Shown piece by piece: positions 18,996 through 27,782 of a DNA stretch of 64,000 nt; the first letter of the stretch is position 1, and every line of letters starts with the position of its first letter. The notes under the pieces were generated by a model. It did no database searches and had not been told where the DNA came from. It saw only the letters and a program-made list of their open reading frames with translations. Origin of the DNA: an uncultured Rhodobacteraceae bacterium. Lineage in GTDB: Bacteria > Pseudomonadota > Alphaproteobacteria > Rhodobacterales > Rhodobacteraceae. The stretch spans positions 277,078-341,077 of the forward strand of contig CANLQK010000005.1 in the NCBI GenBank assembly GCA_947493255.1, given 5' to 3'. A program made the position numbers and the translations under genes.

Positions 18996-19568
18996 TCACA
19001 GGAAAACCAACCCCGAGAATATCACAAGGGTAAGTGCCATCGCGCGCATAAAAACGCACCACTTAAGTTCATCATTCAACAAGGTTTTCAAAAGGCTTCC
19101 CGCGTATGTCCAAAACAAGCAAACGCCTAAGTTTGTAACCGAAAACGTAAGCGCAAGATTGATTGCCTGAGATGTTGGAGGCATTTCTGAAACCATCGCA
19201 GATGCGGCAACAGCCACCGCCCAGATTTTTGGGTTCACCCATTGGAACAGAACCGCCTGCACAAATGTAAACGGGCGGTCTGCTCTGGCGGCTTCAACCG
19301 GTTTCGCGTGCCAAAGTTTCCACGCCATCCACAAAATCCACGCCGATGCGATAATCATTAACACCAATCGCAGCTTTGGCGCCGATCCAATCAAGGTACC
19401 AAGCCCAAGGCCTGTTACAAAAGCGATGACCCCAACACCTAACGCAACACCGATGAGATGCGGTAACGTTTTCCGAAACCCAAACCGCGCGCCAGATGCC
19501 GTCAAAAGGATGACGTTCGGTCCAGGCGAGAAAAGTCCCAGAAAGACGAATCCAATCAAGGCAGTCAT
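18996..19568 (-). CDS. LysE family translocator
   Basis: FSPGPNVI...G.RFG N-terminus, QWVNPKIW motif, about 6 TM segments. Confidence 0.88.
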   Translation of the reverse strand: MTALIGFVFLGLFSPGPNVILLTASGARFGFRKTLPHLIGVALGVGVIAFVTGLGLGTLIGSAPKLRLVLMIIASAWILWMAWKLWHAKPVEAARADRPFTFVQAVLFQWVNPKIWAVAVAASAMVSEMPPTSQAINLALTFSVTNLGVCLFWTYAGSLLKTLLNDELKWCVFMRAMALTLVIFSGLVFL

Positions 19569-20812
19569 GGCAGAGCCAGTAAGTCGGACTTGGTCAATTC
19601 AAAATCTGAGTTGATCCATTCTGCCTCTAGGAACCTGATCCGGTCTCCCAATGCTTTGCCTGTGAAGGCCGGCATCAAATCGGCCGCGGCAATTGGAAAC
19701 TTGGCCTGCGCGCCACGCCACACCGCCTCGATTGCGCCGTTGTCGAACGGAGCCAAAAGGGACGCCCAGCGCAACAACAGCATATGCACGCCGTCCCACC
19801 CGCCATATCGAAAGCCCAACTCATGGGGCGGAGTAGCGGCGCCCGCTTCCTTTGTGGCCAAAGCAATTTTTCGCGCTAAGTCATTTGAAAGCCGGAATTT
19901 GTCTTGAAGCCCTTCCCCCCCCAATGAGGCCAACCGAGTCGCCAAATCGCGGGGCGGCAACATGCGCCCCTCTAATGGATAGTTTTCCTCAAGATCGACA
20001 AGCCGCGTCAATGTGGTCGATGACGCACCAGGCAAGACATGCAGCAAAACTCCAGTATGTTCCATTGACCCAATAATCGGTGCCGGGTCGATATCCATAA
20101 TCAGCTTGCACATCTCAGCGCCGATCCGTTCTTTAGACACCTGCGCCAATCCGTCAGCAAGCATAGCACAAGCCGCCAAACCGTCGGCATCAACCCCTTC
20201 GTCACGTGCACCATGAGTCGCAGTGAACCGGAAAAACCTAAGGATGCGGAGATAATCTTCTTCGATGCGTTTTATCGGATCGCCAATAAACCGAATTCGC
20301 CGCGTCGCGAGATCCGTGGAACCGCCAACAACATCTTTCACGTGACCGTCTTTGCGCGCGTAGAATGCATTGATCGTGAAATCGCGCCTCTGCGCGTCTT
20401 CTTCCATGCTGTCGGAAAACGCAACAATGGCATGTCGGCCATCTGTTTCAATGTCTGAGCGAAACGTGGTTATTTCATACCCGAATGATAACCCCGGGAT
20501 AACAGCCGTTACAGTTCCGTGCTCAAATCCCGTTGGAATTGCTTTCCAGGGTTTCCCTCGAAATTGCAGGGCCTCGATTATCCGTATAGTATCGTCGGGC
20601 CGTGCATTTGTTGAAAGGTCAACATCGGCCACGTGACGATTCAAAACAGTGTCTCGTACGCATCCGCCCACTGCGTAAATCTCGAACCCAGCATCTTCGA
20701 AGGCCGCCATCAGCGTTTGCAAAAACTCATCGCATAACCACGAAGGCGCTCCAAGATGGTCCAAGGTACCATCCTGTCTCCACATACCGCGTTCGTTATC
20801 GCTCAGGTCCAT
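19565..20812 (-). CDS. cca: CCA tRNA nucleotidyltransferase
   Basis: VGGCVRD, DVD, TGFEHGT, DAQRRDFTINA, EDYLRILR. Start uncertain (20812 or 20785; the ORF track gives 20908). Confidence 0.88.
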   Translation of the reverse strand: MDLSDNERGMWRQDGTLDHLGAPSWLCDEFLQTLMAAFEDAGFEIYAVGGCVRDTVLNRHVADVDLSTNARPDDTIRIIEALQFRGKPWKAIPTGFEHGTVTAVIPGLSFGYEITTFRSDIETDGRHAIVAFSDSMEEDAQRRDFTINAFYARKDGHVKDVVGGSTDLATRRIRFIGDPIKRIEEDYLRILRFFRFTATHGARDEGVDADGLAACAMLADGLAQVSKERIGAEMCKLIMDIDPAPIIGSMEHTGVLLHVLPGASSTTLTRLVDLEENYPLEGRMLPPRDLATRLASLGGEGLQDKFRLSNDLARKIALATKEAGAATPPHELGFRYGGWDGVHMLLLRWASLLAPFDNGAIEAVWRGAQAKFPIAAADLMPAFTGKALGDRIRFLEAEWINSDFELTKSDLLALP

Positions 20813-21396
20813 TGTTCTGCCAATCCACGTAACATCCGCGCCGTTGCCCCCCATATGTAGTAGGGGCCATAGGGCACCGTATAGTAATGCCTGCGTGTAC
20901 CCTGCCAATGCCGTCCTTCAATCGCAAAGTTTGCTACGCTCATAACGTGCGACAAGGGAACAGTGAAAACTTCTGCAACCTCGCCAACCTCAGCCTTGTA
21001 TTGAAGGCCAGCGGGAACAATGCCAACAATCGGCGTTGCGACATAATTAGTAACCGTTTCGTGGAAAGGAAGTTCGCCAAGCACGGAAACATTTTGGGGG
21101 TTAAGCCCGATTTCCTCTTCTGCTTCGCGCAATGCCGTGTGGACCAAATCACGATCTGTCTCGTCTCGCCGCCCGCCGGGAAATGCAATTTGGCCGGGGT
21201 GATGTTTCAACCGCGTTGATCGTTTGGTAAGAATCAGTTGTGCATCTTCTGTCACGGCCACTAAAACAGCTGCTTGTTTTAACGCAGGCCGCACAGGCAA
21301 CACCAAATCAGGATTGAGGTCAAAATCTGAAGATGTCTGCCGCGCAGCTTTCATCGCGCGGCATAGCTTGTCTTTCAGTTCATCAGGACTTTGCAT
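20803..21396 (-). CDS. CoA pyrophosphatase (NudL/PCD1-type NUDIX)
   Basis: HPGQIAFPGG, ALREAEEEIGL Nudix box, IWGATA. Confidence 0.88.
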   Translation of the reverse strand: MQSPDELKDKLCRAMKAARQTSSDFDLNPDLVLPVRPALKQAAVLVAVTEDAQLILTKRSTRLKHHPGQIAFPGGRRDETDRDLVHTALREAEEEIGLNPQNVSVLGELPFHETVTNYVATPIVGIVPAGLQYKAEVGEVAEVFTVPLSHVMSVANFAIEGRHWQGTRRHYYTVPYGPYYIWGATARMLRGLAEQWT

Positions 21397-22381
21397 CCGG
21401 GCCTTCCGTGGCTTCAAACCCCAACGCCGCGGGGGGGAAAATGTAATGCGCCCCGCAGAACTGACAATCTGCCGTCACTGTCCCCTCTGGAGTTGTCATT
21501 GTCGCGATGTCTTTCGCAGAATATATCGACAGCGACTGACGCACTTTATCTTCGGAACACGAGCAGCCAAATTTCACAGGCTGGGTATCAAATATGCGCG
21601 GCTCTTCTTCGTGGAACAAGCGCACCAAGAGATCGGTTGGTTGAACAGACGGCCCAATCAATTCCATTTCTTCGGCTGTGCGCAAAAGTACATTCGCACG
21701 ATTCCAGTTTTCGCCTTCATCGTCGTTCAGCAGGTCTTCGACCGTGGTTAACCCCTCCTCCGGCTCGGCGCCGGGGTTGGCCAACGGGGATGCCTTTGGC
21801 ATGGCTTGCAGCATAATGCCACCAGCGCGCCAACCTTCGGGCTGACCCACTAACGTCGATTTGCCGTAGGTCAGCTGGAATGATGTGGGCAGTTGTTCGG
21901 ATTGTGCGAAATAGGCCTCGGCACATGCGGCGAGCGAACCACCAGCAATCGGTGTTATGCCTTGATAAGGCGTATTCCCTTCGCCTTGGTCGATAAGAAT
22001 AGCAAAGTAGCCTTTACCAATCTGGCCAAATGGGTCGCCGGTTGGATCAATGCGATCTTTGTCAAAACTGGCATAGGCACGAATACGACCAGGCTCGCCT
22101 TCTTTTGTAGGGCCATAGTAATCTGTCGCGATCAAACGAGCTGGGCCATCGCCCCGCACTTGTAACGATAATTTCCAACGCAATTTGATCGACTGTCCAA
22201 TCAATGCCGTTAACAACGCCATTTCCGCCACCAGCGCCTCGATCGCAGGGGGATAATCATGTTGCTCCAAAACCTGATCCAAAACGCCGTCAAGGCGCGC
22301 AACGCGCCCACGGATGTCTGAACGGTCTAGTTGGAATGGTAGGACGGTATCATCCCATGTGATTGTCGATGCTGTATTCAT
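21383..22381 (-). CDS. hslO: Hsp33 redox-regulated chaperone
   Basis: C-terminal CSC...CQFC zinc centre; LPFQL..IRGRV N-terminus. Confidence 0.93.
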   Translation of the reverse strand: MNTASTITWDDTVLPFQLDRSDIRGRVARLDGVLDQVLEQHDYPPAIEALVAEMALLTALIGQSIKLRWKLSLQVRGDGPARLIATDYYGPTKEGEPGRIRAYASFDKDRIDPTGDPFGQIGKGYFAILIDQGEGNTPYQGITPIAGGSLAACAEAYFAQSEQLPTSFQLTYGKSTLVGQPEGWRAGGIMLQAMPKASPLANPGAEPEEGLTTVEDLLNDDEGENWNRANVLLRTAEEMELIGPSVQPTDLLVRLFHEEEPRIFDTQPVKFGCSCSEDKVRQSLSIYSAKDIATMTTPEGTVTADCQFCGAHYIFPPAALGFEATEGPDAKS

Positions 22382-22421
22382 TGGGCTTTCCTAACAAGTC
22401 GATGCTTGGCATACCGTTTCC

Positions 22422-22449
22422 ATATAGGCGCCACAAGACGAGGTAAAAG
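22422..22449 (-). promoter_or_regulatory. RpoH (sigma32)-like promoter of hslO
   Basis: Minus strand CTTTTA-N15-CCTATAT versus the alphaproteobacterial RpoH consensus CTTGAA-N15/16-CCTATAT, upstream of a heat-shock gene. Confidence 0.55.
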
Positions 22450-22452
22450 ACT

Positions 22453-22896
22453 ATGATTAGACGGTACGGCGAACCGGTAAACCCCGCTATGCGTTATACG
22501 CCACGTCCGGGTGCCTATGTTATCCTGCAAAGAGGCCCGGATTTGCTTTTGACCGCTCAGGAAGGCGACCGGCTTCCTGAGCCCGAAATCCAGCTACCGG
22601 GCGGCGGCATCGATAAGGGAGAGCACGTTTTGCCAGCCCTGCACCGCGAAGTTATGGAAGAAACCGGATGGCGGATGGATAAGCCCATCCGTATCGGGGC
22701 GTTTCGCAGATTCACGTTCATGCCAGAATATGACATATGGGCAGAAAAAATTTGCTCGATTTATTGGTCGCAACCGACATTGCGATATGGCCCGCCTTTG
22801 GAAAAAGGACACCACGCTATTTGGGTCCCAATATCCGAAGCCCCTGCTCTGCTCTCCAATGAGGGCGACGCCGCATTTGTGGCCAGCTTGCTCTGA
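22453..22896 (+). CDS. NUDIX hydrolase
   Basis: Nudix box GGGIDKGEHVLPALHREVMEETGW. Confidence 0.88.
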   Translation: MIRRYGEPVNPAMRYTPRPGAYVILQRGPDLLLTAQEGDRLPEPEIQLPGGGIDKGEHVLPALHREVMEETGWRMDKPIRIGAFRRFTFMPEYDIWAEKICSIYWSQPTLRYGPPLEKGHHAIWVPISEAPALLSNEGDAAFVASLL

Positions 22897-22945
22897 CGAC
22901 GGGTTCGGTGTAATCGGCGGCTAACCAGCCTTAGGAGTCACGCTA

Positions 22946-24169
22946 ATGTCCGCACCAAAAAAAGTTGTCCTTGCCTATTCAGGCGGTCTGGACACATCCA
23001 TTATTCTAAAATGGTTGCAGACCGAGTACGACTGTGAAGTCGTGACATTCACCGCCGATCTTGGCCAAGGTGAAGAACTTGAGCCAGCGCGCAAGAAAGC
23101 AGAACTGCTTGGGATCAAACCGGAAAACATCTTTATCGAAGATGTACGCGAAGAATTTGTACGCGATTTCGTCTTCCCAATGTTCCGCGCGAACGCGCTT
23201 TACGAAGGACTATATCTGTTAGGCACGTCGATCGCACGGCCGCTCATTTCCAAACGTTTGGTCGAGATTGCAGCAGAAACCGGCGCGGATGCCGTCTCTC
23301 ACGGCGCAACTGGCAAAGGCAACGATCAGGTTCGATTCGAACTTAGCGCCTATGCATTGAACCCCGACATAAAGGTCATCGCACCTTGGCGCGAATGGGA
23401 TCTATCCAGCCGCACGAAACTTTTAGCATTCGCGGAAGAGCACCAGATTCCAATCGCAAAAGACAAACGTGGCGAAGCGCCATTCAGCGTTGATGCAAAC
23501 CTGTTGCACACCTCTTCTGAGGGGAAGGTGTTGGAGGACCCCGCCGATACTGCGCCAGAGTATGTGTATCAGCGCACAGTCTCCCCAGAAGATGCGCCAG
23601 AAACACCAGAAGTTATCGAAGTAACATTCGAAAAAGGTGACGCCGTCGCGATCAACGGCGAAGCAATGTCGCCCGCGACAATCTTAACGGAGCTTAACAA
23701 GCTGGGCGGCAAGCACGGCATCGGCCGTCTCGACTTCGTTGAAAATCGTTTCGTCGGTATGAAATCACGCGGTATTTATGAAACACCTGGCGGCACTGTG
23801 CTTCTTGAAGCGCACCGTGGGATCGAGCAAATCACGTTGGATAGCGGTGCTGGCCACCTCAAAGACAGCCTGATGCCACGTTACGCCGAGCTGATTTACA
23901 ACGGTTTCTGGTACTCGCCAGAACGCGAAATGCTACAAGCAGCGATTGATAAATCCCAAGAGCACGTCAGTGGTACCGTTGCGCTGAAGCTTTACAAAGG
24001 TTCCGCAACTTGCGTCGCTCGTTGGTCCGATCATTCGCTTTATTCAGAAGCACACGTTACGTTCGAAGACGATGCTGGCGCCTACGATCAAAAAGATGCA
24101 GCTGGGTTCATTCAATTGAATGCACTTCGCTTGAAGCTTCTGGCTGCACGGAACCGTCGTATAAAGTAA
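22946..24169 (+). CDS. argG: Argininosuccinate synthase
   Basis: [41 protein letters not shown]. Confidence 0.98.
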   Translation: MSAPKKVVLAYSGGLDTSIILKWLQTEYDCEVVTFTADLGQGEELEPARKKAELLGIKPENIFIEDVREEFVRDFVFPMFRANALYEGLYLLGTSIARPLISKRLVEIAAETGADAVSHGATGKGNDQVRFELSAYALNPDIKVIAPWREWDLSSRTKLLAFAEEHQIPIAKDKRGEAPFSVDANLLHTSSEGKVLEDPADTAPEYVYQRTVSPEDAPETPEVIEVTFEKGDAVAINGEAMSPATILTELNKLGGKHGIGRLDFVENRFVGMKSRGIYETPGGTVLLEAHRGIEQITLDSGAGHLKDSLMPRYAELIYNGFWYSPEREMLQAAIDKSQEHVSGTVALKLYKGSATCVARWSDHSLYSEAHVTFEDDAGAYDQKDAAGFIQLNALRLKLLAARNRRIK

Positions 24170-24199
24170 CATCGCAACGTCACGGTTGATATCGTTCAG

Positions 24200-24229
24200 A
24201 AATGCCCGCCAAATAGGCGGGCATTTTTT
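24200..24229 (+). terminator. Intrinsic terminator after argG
   Basis: AAATGCCCGCC-AAATA-GGCGGGCATTT followed by a T run. Confidence 0.8.
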
Positions 24230-24242
24230 ATGGGAAATCATC

Positions 24243-24527
24243 ATGCTATCGGAAATTCTGCCAAAGCTACAAAAGGCACTCGAAACCAAAACGTTTGACG
24301 GAAGCCTCAAATTTGATTGCGGCGAAGCCGGTGTGATTGTTCTTGCAGATGGTACCGCGACAAACGTTAATCAAAGTACAGATTGCACCCTTGCGATATC
24401 GCAAGACAATGTCGTGAAATTATTGTCTGGCAAACTAAACCCCATGACCGCCCTGATGATGGGAAAGATTAAGATCAGCGGAAACCCTGCGGTCGCGATG
24501 AAGCTTGCAGACCTGCTCAAACACTAA
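24243..24527 (+). CDS. SCP2 sterol/lipid-binding domain protein
   Basis: SLKFDCG, GKLNPMTALMMGKIKISGN SCP2 pattern. Start refined to MLSEIL. Confidence 0.85.
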   Translation: MLSEILPKLQKALETKTFDGSLKFDCGEAGVIVLADGTATNVNQSTDCTLAISQDNVVKLLSGKLNPMTALMMGKIKISGNPAVAMKLADLLKH

Positions 24528-24541
24528 CCCTCAATTTCGCC

Positions 24542-25402
24542 TTAGAAATTTGCAACGTCCTTCAGATCGGGAATGACGTCTGCCGTGCCATGACGGGTGA
24601 CCATGATAGCCGCCGCCTTTGCTGCGGTTGCAAGTGCTTGTTCCATCGGTTGGCCACGGTCCAAACCAGCCAGAACATACCCTGTAAACGTGTCACCCGC
24701 CCCTGTTGTGTCGACCGGCCTGACCGGAACTGGGGGAATATGCACCTGTCCCTTTGGACCGAACCATATCGCGCCATCTCCGCCTTTCGTGACGATTACG
24801 TCTTTAACGTTTAATTCGCTTGGCCCTTTACCAGTGGCAGCTTTCAATTGCTTTGCTTCAATTTCGTTCAAGATCAAGAAATGGAGAAACGGTAACAATG
24901 GTTCTGTGGATTTCGCATCGAAAGGTGCAGCAGCATAGGCAACGTTCAACCCCATGTCGTAAGCCAACTTCACCCCAGCGGTCTGCAAATTGACCTCATT
25001 CTGTGTCACGAACCAATCACCACTTTCGGCCTGTGTTAGAGCCTGTTTCAGTGTCTGTTCTGGAATTTCCCGGTTCGCACCAGGGTAAACAACGATCCCA
25101 TTTTCACCATCCTCGGCGACGAAAACCATCGCGTGTGCTGTATCCGTTTCGATCTCCTCGATGGCACGCGGATCAACGCCATATTCCATCAGTCTATCAA
25201 CCGCCCAGCGCCCATCGGAGCCGACCGCACCGATGTGACACACATGCGCCCCAGCGCGTGCAGCCGCGACAGACATGTTTGCGCCCTTCCCGCCCAAAAA
25301 AACTCGTCGATTTGAGCCATCTAAGGTTTCACCTGGAGTGGGAATATGCGGGACTGAATAAACGTAATCGGCATTGATGCCACCAAGATTCCAAATGGTC
25401 AT
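24542..25402 (-). CDS. rbsK: Ribokinase (PfkB family)
   Basis: GGKGANMSVAAARAG, VDTTGAGDTF. Confidence 0.85.
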   Translation of the reverse strand: MTIWNLGGINADYVYSVPHIPTPGETLDGSNRRVFLGGKGANMSVAAARAGAHVCHIGAVGSDGRWAVDRLMEYGVDPRAIEEIETDTAHAMVFVAEDGENGIVVYPGANREIPEQTLKQALTQAESGDWFVTQNEVNLQTAGVKLAYDMGLNVAYAAAPFDAKSTEPLLPFLHFLILNEIEAKQLKAATGKGPSELNVKDVIVTKGGDGAIWFGPKGQVHIPPVPVRPVDTTGAGDTFTGYVLAGLDRGQPMEQALATAAKAAAIMVTRHGTADVIPDLKDVANF

Positions 25403-25403
25403 G

Positions 25404-27659
25404 TTATTTCGCCGCACTAGAGGCGAGAACCGCCATGTTTAAAATGTCGTTCACCGTACTACCGGTCGAACAGATTTGGATGGGTCGATCAATGCCAGCA
25501 AGGATCGGTCCGATAACTGTCGCACCAGCCATTTCTTGCATCAACTTCACCGAGATCGAGGCCGAGTGACGCGCAGGTACGACCAGTACGTTCGCCGGTC
25601 CAGTGAGTCGCGAAAACGGATAGGCCTCTTGCGCGGTGACGTTCAACGCGACATCCACGGTCATTTCGCCCTCGTATTCGAAATCAACTCCGCGTTGGTC
25701 CAACACTGTCGGTGCCAAATGCATCTTTTCTGCGCGTTCTGATACGGGGTAGCCGAACGTTGAGAACGAAACAAAAGCAACGCGTGGTTCAAGGCCGAGC
25801 GTACGCGCCACCTCTGCGCCGCGTTCGGCAATATCGGCAAGATCGGTCTCATCTGGCCATTCGTGCACTAAAGTATCAGAGATCAGAACAATGCGCCCCT
25901 TGTGCAAAACCGCCGTTACGCCCACGGCACCATCATGGGGTCCCGCATCAAAAACGTGATTGATCAGCTCAAGAACGTGGGCGGATTTGCGAGTCGCCCC
26001 CGTCACCATTCCGTCTGCATGCCCATGGGCCAACATCAACGACGCGAATACGTGCCGATCCCGAGACGCCATTCGATGAATATCGTGGCGGTCATAGCCC
26101 CGACGCTGCAAGCGTTCGTAAAGATGGGTCTTGTAAGTCTCTAGATGGTCAGTGTTCGCCGCGTTCACAACACGCAGTTCGCGCACTGCATCACCTAGCC
26201 CAACTGCGGTCAGTTTTTCACGCACGTCGTCTTCGCGACCGACCACAAGCGCGCGACCAAAGCCAGATCGTTGATATAAAACAGCAGCTCGAAGCACCCT
26301 TGGGTCATCGCCCTCCGCAAAGACAATCGTGTTTTGGTTTGCACGTGCACGCGCGTTGATACCTCGCAAGATAGACGCAGTCGGATCCATTCGCGTCTTT
26401 AAGCCAAGCTCATAAGCATCCATGTCAACGATAGGCCGACGTGCGACGCCGGTATCCATACCTGCACGCGCAACTGCCGGCGGAATTACATGAATCAATC
26501 GCGGATCAAACGGCGTTGGGATGATGTAGTCTCGACCAAACGTGAGCTTTTTGCCATATGCTATCGCAACTTCGTCCGGCACGTCCTCTCGCGCAAGACG
26601 CGCAAGCGCATGGGCGCATGCTATTTTCATTTCATCGTTGATGGCCCGGGCATGAATATCCAACGCACCGCGGAACAAGTATGGAAACCCAAGTACGTTG
26701 TTCACTTGGTTCGGGTAATCACTTCGGCCAGTCGCGACAATTGCGTCCACTCGAACTGCGTGGGCTTCTTCGGGCGTGATTTCCGGGTCGGGGTTTGCCA
26801 TTGCAAAAATCACGGGATTGTCGGCCATAGATCTCACCATGTCTTCAGTCACAGCACCTTTTGCAGAAACGCCAAGAAAAACATCTGCACCGCTCATCGC
26901 TTCCTCAAGCGTGCGAAGATCCGTTTCAATCGCATGTGCCGACTTCCATTGGTTCATCCCATCAGATCGACCCTGATAAATCACACCCTTGGTGTCACAT
27001 ACGATACAGTTCTGATGCTGCGCGCCCATCGACTTTAACAATTCAATGCAGGCAATACCCGCCGCGCCAGCACCGTTTAAAACAATCTTAACATCCGCAA
27101 TTTCTTTTCCGGAAATGTGCAGCGCATTGATCAAACCTGCGGCGCAGATGACGGCCGTTCCATGCTGATCATCATGAAACACCGGAATATCCATTTCTTC
27201 CTTGAGCCGCTGTTCAATGATGAAACACTCTGGGGCTTTGATGTCTTCAAGATTGATACCACCAAACGTTGGTCCCATCAGCCTTACCGCATCGCAGAAC
27301 GCATCAGGATCTTCAGTATCCAGTTCAATGTCGATCGAGTTTACATCCGCAAACCGTTTGAACAATACGGCCTTGCCCTCCATCACTGGTTTAGACCCTA
27401 ATGCACCCAAATTTCCCAATCCTAAGACGGCAGTACCGTTCGAGATAACGGCAACAAGGTTTCCCTTATTGGTGTAATCATAAGCCAACTCAGGGTTTTC
27501 AGCGATATCCTCACACGGAACGGCAACGCCAGGTGAATAAGCCAAAGACAAATCTCGCTGGGTGGTCATCGGAACTGTTGCTTGCACCTCCCACTTACCG
27601 GGGGTTGGCTCCAAGTGAAATGCCAACGCGTCCTCACGGGTTACCTTCGTATCAACCAT
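25404..27659 (-). CDS. maeB: NADP-dependent malic enzyme with C-terminal phosphotransacetylase-like domain
   Basis: LAYSPGVA, NLEDI, FHDDQHGTA, GAGAAG, AMANPDPE, plus the PTA-like domain (IVFAEG). Confidence 0.92.
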   Translation of the reverse strand: MVDTKVTREDALAFHLEPTPGKWEVQATVPMTTQRDLSLAYSPGVAVPCEDIAENPELAYDYTNKGNLVAVISNGTAVLGLGNLGALGSKPVMEGKAVLFKRFADVNSIDIELDTEDPDAFCDAVRLMGPTFGGINLEDIKAPECFIIEQRLKEEMDIPVFHDDQHGTAVICAAGLINALHISGKEIADVKIVLNGAGAAGIACIELLKSMGAQHQNCIVCDTKGVIYQGRSDGMNQWKSAHAIETDLRTLEEAMSGADVFLGVSAKGAVTEDMVRSMADNPVIFAMANPDPEITPEEAHAVRVDAIVATGRSDYPNQVNNVLGFPYLFRGALDIHARAINDEMKIACAHALARLAREDVPDEVAIAYGKKLTFGRDYIIPTPFDPRLIHVIPPAVARAGMDTGVARRPIVDMDAYELGLKTRMDPTASILRGINARARANQNTIVFAEGDDPRVLRAAVLYQRSGFGRALVVGREDDVREKLTAVGLGDAVRELRVVNAANTDHLETYKTHLYERLQRRGYDRHDIHRMASRDRHVFASLMLAHGHADGMVTGATRKSAHVLELINHVFDAGPHDGAVGVTAVLHKGRIVLISDTLVHEWPDETDLADIAERGAEVARTLGLEPRVAFVSFSTFGYPVSERAEKMHLAPTVLDQRGVDFEYEGEMTVDVALNVTAQEAYPFSRLTGPANVLVVPARHSASISVKLMQEMAGATVIGPILAGIDRPIQICSTGSTVNDILNMAVLASSAAK

Positions 27660-27782
27660 ATTTGCTCTCCCTTGCGTCCCAACATTGTTAAGGACAGCTA
27701 CGCGTTGTCGCAACGGAGGACTTTTGCACTTTCGTCGCTAACATTGCCTCGGTAGGTTGTGCGCAGAAACGTCGGGGGACAA

